Source: an archaeon | GTDB lineage: Archaea; Asgardarchaeota; Thorarchaeia; Thorarchaeales; Thorarchaeaceae | DNA length: 32,000 nucleotides | Reading direction: 5' to 3' | Assembly: GCA_024275415.1 (NCBI GenBank) | Contig: JAJRZD010000058.1 | Coordinates: 1 to 32,000, forward strand | Part shown: positions 27,090-32,000 of the stretch, piece after piece | How the letters are laid out: each line of letters begins with the position of its first letter | Numbering within the stretch: position 1 is the stretch's first letter | The notes under the pieces: generated by a model | Told to the model about the DNA's origin: nothing | What the model saw: only the letters and a program-made list of their open reading frames with translations | The model's database searches: none | Translations under genes and position numbers: made by a program

Positions 27090-27631
27090 ATGACGAAGTG
27101 GCAGACATTATCGATGAGTTGCTGGCTGATTCTCAGGTCAGTGAGGATATTGTAGTATACCATGGAGTGACACAAGAGCCAAAAGATATCATCAAAGAAT
27201 TCTTTCCCAGTAACAGTGGACTCTGTATCTGCGAGGGGCTCAATGGTATCCGTTTCGAAAAACAACAGGATTTTTCGTCGGATGACATGATGATCAGATT
27301 GAAGGTGTTCGATGAAGATGGAGACCTTGAAATCTGGCGGATAGATGAGAATTTTGGTTGGAGATTTATTGGTAAACCGAAAGGCAATCAAAAACACGAA
27401 CAACTCGAGTTGGATAAAGACCATTGGTTCGTAAGAGAGATAAAGGTCAATCTCTGGGGGTCTGAATCCCGTGATGGTCAGAGGTTCGAGTCCAGAATGG
27501 CAGCTGCAAATCTAAGATATCCCATTGATGATACATCAAAACCGGTGAATCTAAGGATACGAGAATACTCAAGAAAGGGTACACTTCAATTCGTAAGATA
27601 TGTCAGTCTAGAAACGGAGGGGGATAAATGA
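27086..27631 (+). CDS. csx19: Csx19
   Basis: RLKVFDEDGDLEIWR, LWG, LRYP, IREY..FVRY pattern; canonical position between the Cas7 genes. Confidence 0.85.
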   Translation: MNDEVADIIDELLADSQVSEDIVVYHGVTQEPKDIIKEFFPSNSGLCICEGLNGIRFEKQQDFSSDDMMIRLKVFDEDGDLEIWRIDENFGWRFIGKPKGNQKHEQLELDKDHWFVREIKVNLWGSESRDGQRFESRMAAANLRYPIDDTSKPVNLRIREYSRKGTLQFVRYVSLETEGDK

Positions 27632-29622
27632 ATTCCATTTTCAAATTTTATAATCCATACAATTTTGTTAGACCTATTAGAAAGAGGGATTCATCATCTA
27701 TCGATAAGGATTCGATTCTGATGGATAGATGCCCACCACCGCCCCATGATCGGTACATCAGCTATACAGGTCGAATTCAGTGCAGGCTTGAAGTGAAAAC
27801 ACCATTACTTATTGGTATGTATAAGGATTCTGACATGCCAAATAATAGTGCAAGAAGAATCGAATTCTTCAAGATGAAGAGATCAGATGGCAAGCTCACA
27901 CCGACAATTCCTTCCTCATCTCTCCGAGGAGTGATCAGGTCAGTATTCGAGGCAGCTACGAACTCATGCTTTGCCATCTTCGATGACTCAAGACTATTCA
28001 AGAGGATGAAGCCGGAAAAAAGCTTGGAGTTCATCCCAGCTAGACTAGAAAGGAACGGAAATAGTTGGATTGCCAGATTGTTCAGGGGGCCCAGAACAAA
28101 AACTGACGATGATCACCTTCAATATGCAGCGTGGATTAAAGCGTACAAAGATGAGGCGACACACCAAAGAGCTGATAGATATCAAAAAAGGCCAAAAATA
28201 AGAGAACTAAAAGATTTCAAGCATGGCGAAAAATGTTATGCGATAATAGAGAATAAAGAATACTCTCGAGGACGATTTTGTTTTCATAACGTGATATCTT
28301 TGCACAATACTCAACCCGAAAAGGTTGATAATGATCAGTATTGTGTAGAAGGGTATGTTTACAATAAAGGCAAGAATATTAGACGTAAGCATGACGAACG
28401 ATTCTTTTTCCCTGCAGATAGTAAGGAAATATGTGAAATATCTGAAGGAGTAATTGCAGACTACAAGAAGCTTCTTGATGAACGTGAGAACAAAGAAAAG
28501 CTGTTTAATGGTAGCTTGGTATGGGTGAAACCGAGCGAGAATGAAAAAGAAGTAGATGCAATTATCCCCGTTGCAATATCCAAGATTCGTTATCACAAGT
28601 CCAGAGGTGACCTTCTTGCGCAGTATGACCTTTTGAATTGCACAGACATCTCTAAACTATGTCCAGCTTGTCGGGTTTTCGGATGGGTACCTGTAACAGA
28701 TCAACAAACAGATTTGCGAGATTCTGGATTCAAGGGGAGAGTTGGTTTCAATCATGCATTTCTAAAAGATCAGAAGCATTTGAAGAAAGAGGAATTGATA
28801 CTTACCTTAGCGAGTCCTAAGCCTACAGCGAAGTCGTTCTATTTGTTAGATGATGAAACACCTTCAGGTCAAGTGGATTACGATTCACATAGTGCATCAA
28901 TTCGTGGTAGGAAATTCTTCCTTCATCACAAGAGATTCACATTCCCGCAAGGAAAAAGTAAACCTAACGAAAAAACCGATACAATCATCACGGAATTCGT
29001 TGGCTACAAAGCTGATTTTGATTTCGTAGTTGAGTTCGAAAATCTAGCTGCTGTTGAACTCGGTGCTTTGGTTTGGGCGCTCACACTTGAAGAGGGAATG
29101 TATCACCGACTTGGTATGGCGAAAGCTTATGGATTTGGTAGTGTAAGGATATCCATCAAGGAGGATGGTCTTATACTATATGACATGCGGAGTAGATACA
29201 CTAGCTCCAAAAAAGTGCTGAACCAACCTGCCGATTCGAGATCATTCATTCAGTCGTTCAAGAAGGCTATGAAGAAACTATATGGTGAATTTGATGAGCT
29301 GGGTAATATCAAGGATTTGAAATCTATCCTATCAGGTCCAGATGATGATATTCCCATTCATTATCCGAGATGTAAGAGGGAATACTCGGATGACAATAAG
29401 GGCTATGAATGGTTTATGGCTGCAAAGAAACACAAGGGAGTATTATCAAAAGCAGTCCCTTTGAAACCGCTTGATTCTAAACCGTGTCGAGAAGAACAGA
29501 ATAAAAAATCACAAAATAAAACAAAGAGAGGGGCACGAACACGTGGACATAAATCCAAAGACAAGCAAAAGGGTGGAACTAGAAAAAAGAAGGGCCGACA
29601 TTCATGGCAGACTCGGAGATAG
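27628..29622 (+). CDS. cas7: Cas7 with a large insertion (terminal type III-D RAMP)
   Basis: FYNPYNFV, IPSSSLRGVIRS, LCPACRVFG, LASPKPT, RGRKFF, LGMAKAYGFG. Confidence 0.9.
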   Translation: MNSIFKFYNPYNFVRPIRKRDSSSIDKDSILMDRCPPPPHDRYISYTGRIQCRLEVKTPLLIGMYKDSDMPNNSARRIEFFKMKRSDGKLTPTIPSSSLRGVIRSVFEAATNSCFAIFDDSRLFKRMKPEKSLEFIPARLERNGNSWIARLFRGPRTKTDDDHLQYAAWIKAYKDEATHQRADRYQKRPKIRELKDFKHGEKCYAIIENKEYSRGRFCFHNVISLHNTQPEKVDNDQYCVEGYVYNKGKNIRRKHDERFFFPADSKEICEISEGVIADYKKLLDERENKEKLFNGSLVWVKPSENEKEVDAIIPVAISKIRYHKSRGDLLAQYDLLNCTDISKLCPACRVFGWVPVTDQQTDLRDSGFKGRVGFNHAFLKDQKHLKKEELILTLASPKPTAKSFYLLDDETPSGQVDYDSHSASIRGRKFFLHHKRFTFPQGKSKPNEKTDTIITEFVGYKADFDFVVEFENLAAVELGALVWALTLEEGMYHRLGMAKAYGFGSVRISIKEDGLILYDMRSRYTSSKKVLNQPADSRSFIQSFKKAMKKLYGEFDELGNIKDLKSILSGPDDDIPIHYPRCKREYSDDNKGYEWFMAAKKHKGVLSKAVPLKPLDSKPCREEQNKKSQNKTKRGARTRGHKSKDKQKGGTRKKKGRHSWQTRR

Positions 29623-29981
29623 ATATTCTCTCATGTTCGTTTCTTGTGTAGAGGTGGTTTAGGAATAGAGATGAATCATCCTGCAAAAAGAAAGCAATTC
29701 ATTCAAGAAATGAGATGAATTCTGTAAGTAGGGAAATTGCCATCTCGGTGAATGTTGATGCTGTTATCATCGAGAATAAGTCAATCCTGATGTGTGTGAG
29801 GCAATATGGCTTCTTGCACCTGTGATAAGGTTCCCTATAAGACTGACCACTCGGCTGTTGGAGTCTGATGTGGCGTGTCCTTCCAATCGATATTCATCTA
29901 GAGTCGGTCATGGTAATCGATCTCTCGAACTCCATAATGGTTCCCTCTTTAGATTGCTATAATACTACATAGAAGGAATCC

Positions 29982-29997
29982 TTGACATTTTTGTCAA
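29982..29997. promoter_or_regulatory. Palindrome TTGACA-N4-TGTCAA upstream of an orphan ORF
   Basis: Perfect 6-4-6 inverted repeat; TATATA at 30061-30066. Confidence 0.4.
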
Positions 29998-30087
29998 CCA
30001 ATTAGGTGCCTTTTTTAAAATGCAAATTTGTCCATGTAAATCTTAAAAGATTTCACACCATATATAGGTTGGAGGGAATTCAACGCA

Positions 30088-30399
30088 GTGACTAGAAGGT
30101 TTTTATTTAATTTACCCAATGGCAGAACGATGGGCATGGTTCTTCAGTGGAAATATGTGCCATATTATGAAGAATTGCGGGATTGGTTCTTGAACAACTG
30201 GGATGAACAGCAGGAAGAGGAATATAGAAAACGCCAACGTGCGAGGGGTTTGGAGGAGGATATGATTGGAATAAGCAAAGAGGCGATACGTAGATTCTAC
30301 GAGGCTGCAGACCGACTGGTAGAGGCTGGAACAAAACCAAAACACCCTATTGGCTGGGCACTGGACAAGGTACAAGAATTTCTGGACGAAGAAGACTAG
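30088..30399 (+). CDS. Small acidic hypothetical protein
   Basis: 103-aa ORF with a TATA box about 27 nt upstream and protein-like composition. Confidence 0.55.
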   Translation: MTRRFLFNLPNGRTMGMVLQWKYVPYYEELRDWFLNNWDEQQEEEYRKRQRARGLEEDMIGISKEAIRRFYEAADRLVEAGTKPKHPIGWALDKVQEFLDEED

Positions 30400-30455
30400 T
30401 ACTCCTATAACGGGGCTTCGAATGAAGCCCACTGTTCTTTTTTTGATCAATTCTT

Positions 30456-30839
30456 CTAAATATGAAGGGCAAAGCATTCCTGTACGGCGTACCTGCATTG
30501 TACTAGATGTTTGTGGGGTCGTGTCAGTCCCTCAATTCTATCATAGATATAGTCAGTAGAGATGATCGTATGGTCGGGATCGTCCTCACTGAGTGAAATT
30601 TCGGCATAGATCGCATCAAAGATTGACCCCAGTTGACAGTTACCAAGGAGGGGCAATGCTGCTAACTGACGCTCAATGGTGGAGGGAGTCATCAATATAT
30701 TGGGGAATGCAATGAGATGGCTTATCACATATCGAACTGGCTTCACACCAGGGAGGGGTTAGAGAACAGACGAGTCGCAGGAGTTTTCAGAAGTCCTCTT
30801 ATAGAATGTTAGGAACATGTCATTCTCAATTAGAATCAT
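30456..30839 (-). pseudogene. vapC: VapC PIN toxin pseudogene
   Basis: MILIEND... (ATG 30839), in-frame TAA at 30759-30761, then the same frame continues to IFDAIYA..IISTDYIYDRIEGL. Confidence 0.7.
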
Positions 30840-31068
30840 GGTCTTTCCTCGTCCACCTCTCAGACACGTTTCTAGCAGTCCCGACTTCTGCTTGTGCAGG
30901 AAGACCAGATATGGATTCGTCGATATACAGTTCTGGTTTCTTGGACGACACTGGAAAGAGAATGTGATATGACCCAAGAGATAGGATAAGGAAAGTGTCA
31001 CCTTCCACTCCAGACTTCTTTGGTATCCTAATGCGCCGTTGGCCGTCCAAACGAACTCGAACCATCAA
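30826..31068 (-). CDS. vapB: AbrB/MazE-like antitoxin
   Basis: VRLDGQRRIRIPKK swapped-hairpin motif; overlaps the PIN gene start. Confidence 0.65.
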   Translation of the reverse strand: MMVRVRLDGQRRIRIPKKSGVEGDTFLILSLGSYHILFPVSSKKPELYIDESISGLPAQAEVGTARNVSERWTRKDHDSN

Positions 31069-31518
31069 GATGCATACCTCGGATACATAATATGGCAGAC
31101 ATGGTTTAAGGCTCTGGACGAATTACGTGAAAAATGGATTAGATATCTGTGTTCTGTCCAATTAATAGAATTCTGTCCAATTTTGTCCGAGTTCTTGCGA
31201 ATATCAAGAGCCCGCTCATTGGTATATTCAAAATCGCGAGGTCACACTAGATAGCCTTCTAGAGAACATAGGCGTGTTTTGCCGGTCAGATTTGAAAGGT
31301 ATCGGAACATCATAACGTCAATGTCAGCTCAAGCCTGTGTTCAAAGCGAGTCAATCATGTAAGGGGTTTATTTGTGAAGTCTGAACCACGGTTTCTCATG
31401 AACCCAACTTTACTGAATTGAAAACAACAAACTTAATCTACAAGTAATGAGAATCAAGTAAGATGTAGGAAACGCTGTGTCCCTGAAAGGTTTGTTGATG
31501 AATCTTTAACTGAATGAC

Positions 31519-31980
31519 ATGGCAGATGGTGGGGATACCATGCAGAAAACTAGGTTGGTCTTAGACACATCAGTGTTCATGTTGGGAGGGTCGAATTTCA
31601 CATTCCGCCAGATAGAATCCAAGCTTGCAGAGAACACTCATGTCTTCGTATTTCTTACATGTGTGCGAAAGGAGTTGACGAAAAAAGCTGATGAGGGGTC
31701 TTCTGATGCCGTTGCGGGTCTGAAGCGTCTTGAAAGAATAACAAGACTATATACAGGTGCTACCGAAGTGCTCTACGTCCAGCAGACCTATGCGGACGAC
31801 CCGATATATGGATATCTTGCAAGGTGTACTGAAGCTACAGAATTCATAAGCAGAGATAGAGAACTCAAGCAGCGAGTCTATGACCTTAGAAATCCGCATG
31901 TCAGAGTATTCGACATTACTAGAAACGGGAAAATCCTCGAATTCGACCCTGATTGGAGACCTTATAGTAGATTCACGTAG
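31519..31980 (+). CDS. PIN-domain protein (Fcf1/Utp23/VapC9-like)
   Basis: LVLDTSVF, CVRKEL, ADDPI, FISRDRELKQRV. Confidence 0.8.
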   Translation: MADGGDTMQKTRLVLDTSVFMLGGSNFTFRQIESKLAENTHVFVFLTCVRKELTKKADEGSSDAVAGLKRLERITRLYTGATEVLYVQQTYADDPIYGYLARCTEATEFISRDRELKQRVYDLRNPHVRVFDITRNGKILEFDPDWRPYSRFT

Positions 31981-32000
31981 TTGTTCCCGTTCCGGCATAA

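Noticed and set aside
205-31998. Numerous antisense and overlapping ORFs in the six-frame track (e.g. 427..828, 1972..2433, 23459..23899, 24684..25106, 28207..28596)
   Set aside because: They are shadows of well-supported genes on another frame or strand.
1-32000. tRNA or rRNA genes
   Set aside because: No cloverleaf-compatible or rRNA-like segment was recognised by eye.

Overview
Most likely an Asgard-archaeal defence/mobile island (inferred from a Rab-like GTPase with an Asgard-type small Zn protein, TATA-box promoters, a Csa3-like regulator and VapBC pairs). 1-4 kb: a minus-strand cluster (Rab-like GTPase, Zn-binding protein, 7TM protein, M23 peptidase), partly duplicated next to an orphan IS end. 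4-7 kb: TauE/SafE, NYN/LabA nuclease, VapBC and an IS607 remnant. 7.3-15.5 kb: a segment bounded by IS5/IS903-like ends with near-matching 9-bp flanks (putative composite transposon). It carries a caspase/CHAT-like pseudogene, membrane proteins, a GIY-YIG nuclease and a convergent type II restriction-modification pair. 15.5-21.2 kb: PAS protein, CARF-wHTH regulator, viperin remnant, and an uncharacterised three-gene operon (DHH/DHHA1 phosphoesterase plus two proteins with divergent C-terminal CARF-like domains). 21.9-29.6 kb: a complete type III-D effector operon with III-Dv/III-D2 architecture (HD-less Cas10 with intact GGDD, Cas7-Cas5-putative Cas11, Cas7-Cas7, Csx19, Cas7-insertion). No CRISPR array, cas6, cas1 or cas2 is visible in the window. 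30-32 kb: an orphan ORF, a decayed vapBC and a PIN protein. The best candidate for a new system is the DHH plus two CARF-like genes beside the cyclase-competent Cas10. All family assignments come from motifs read by eye, not database searches.
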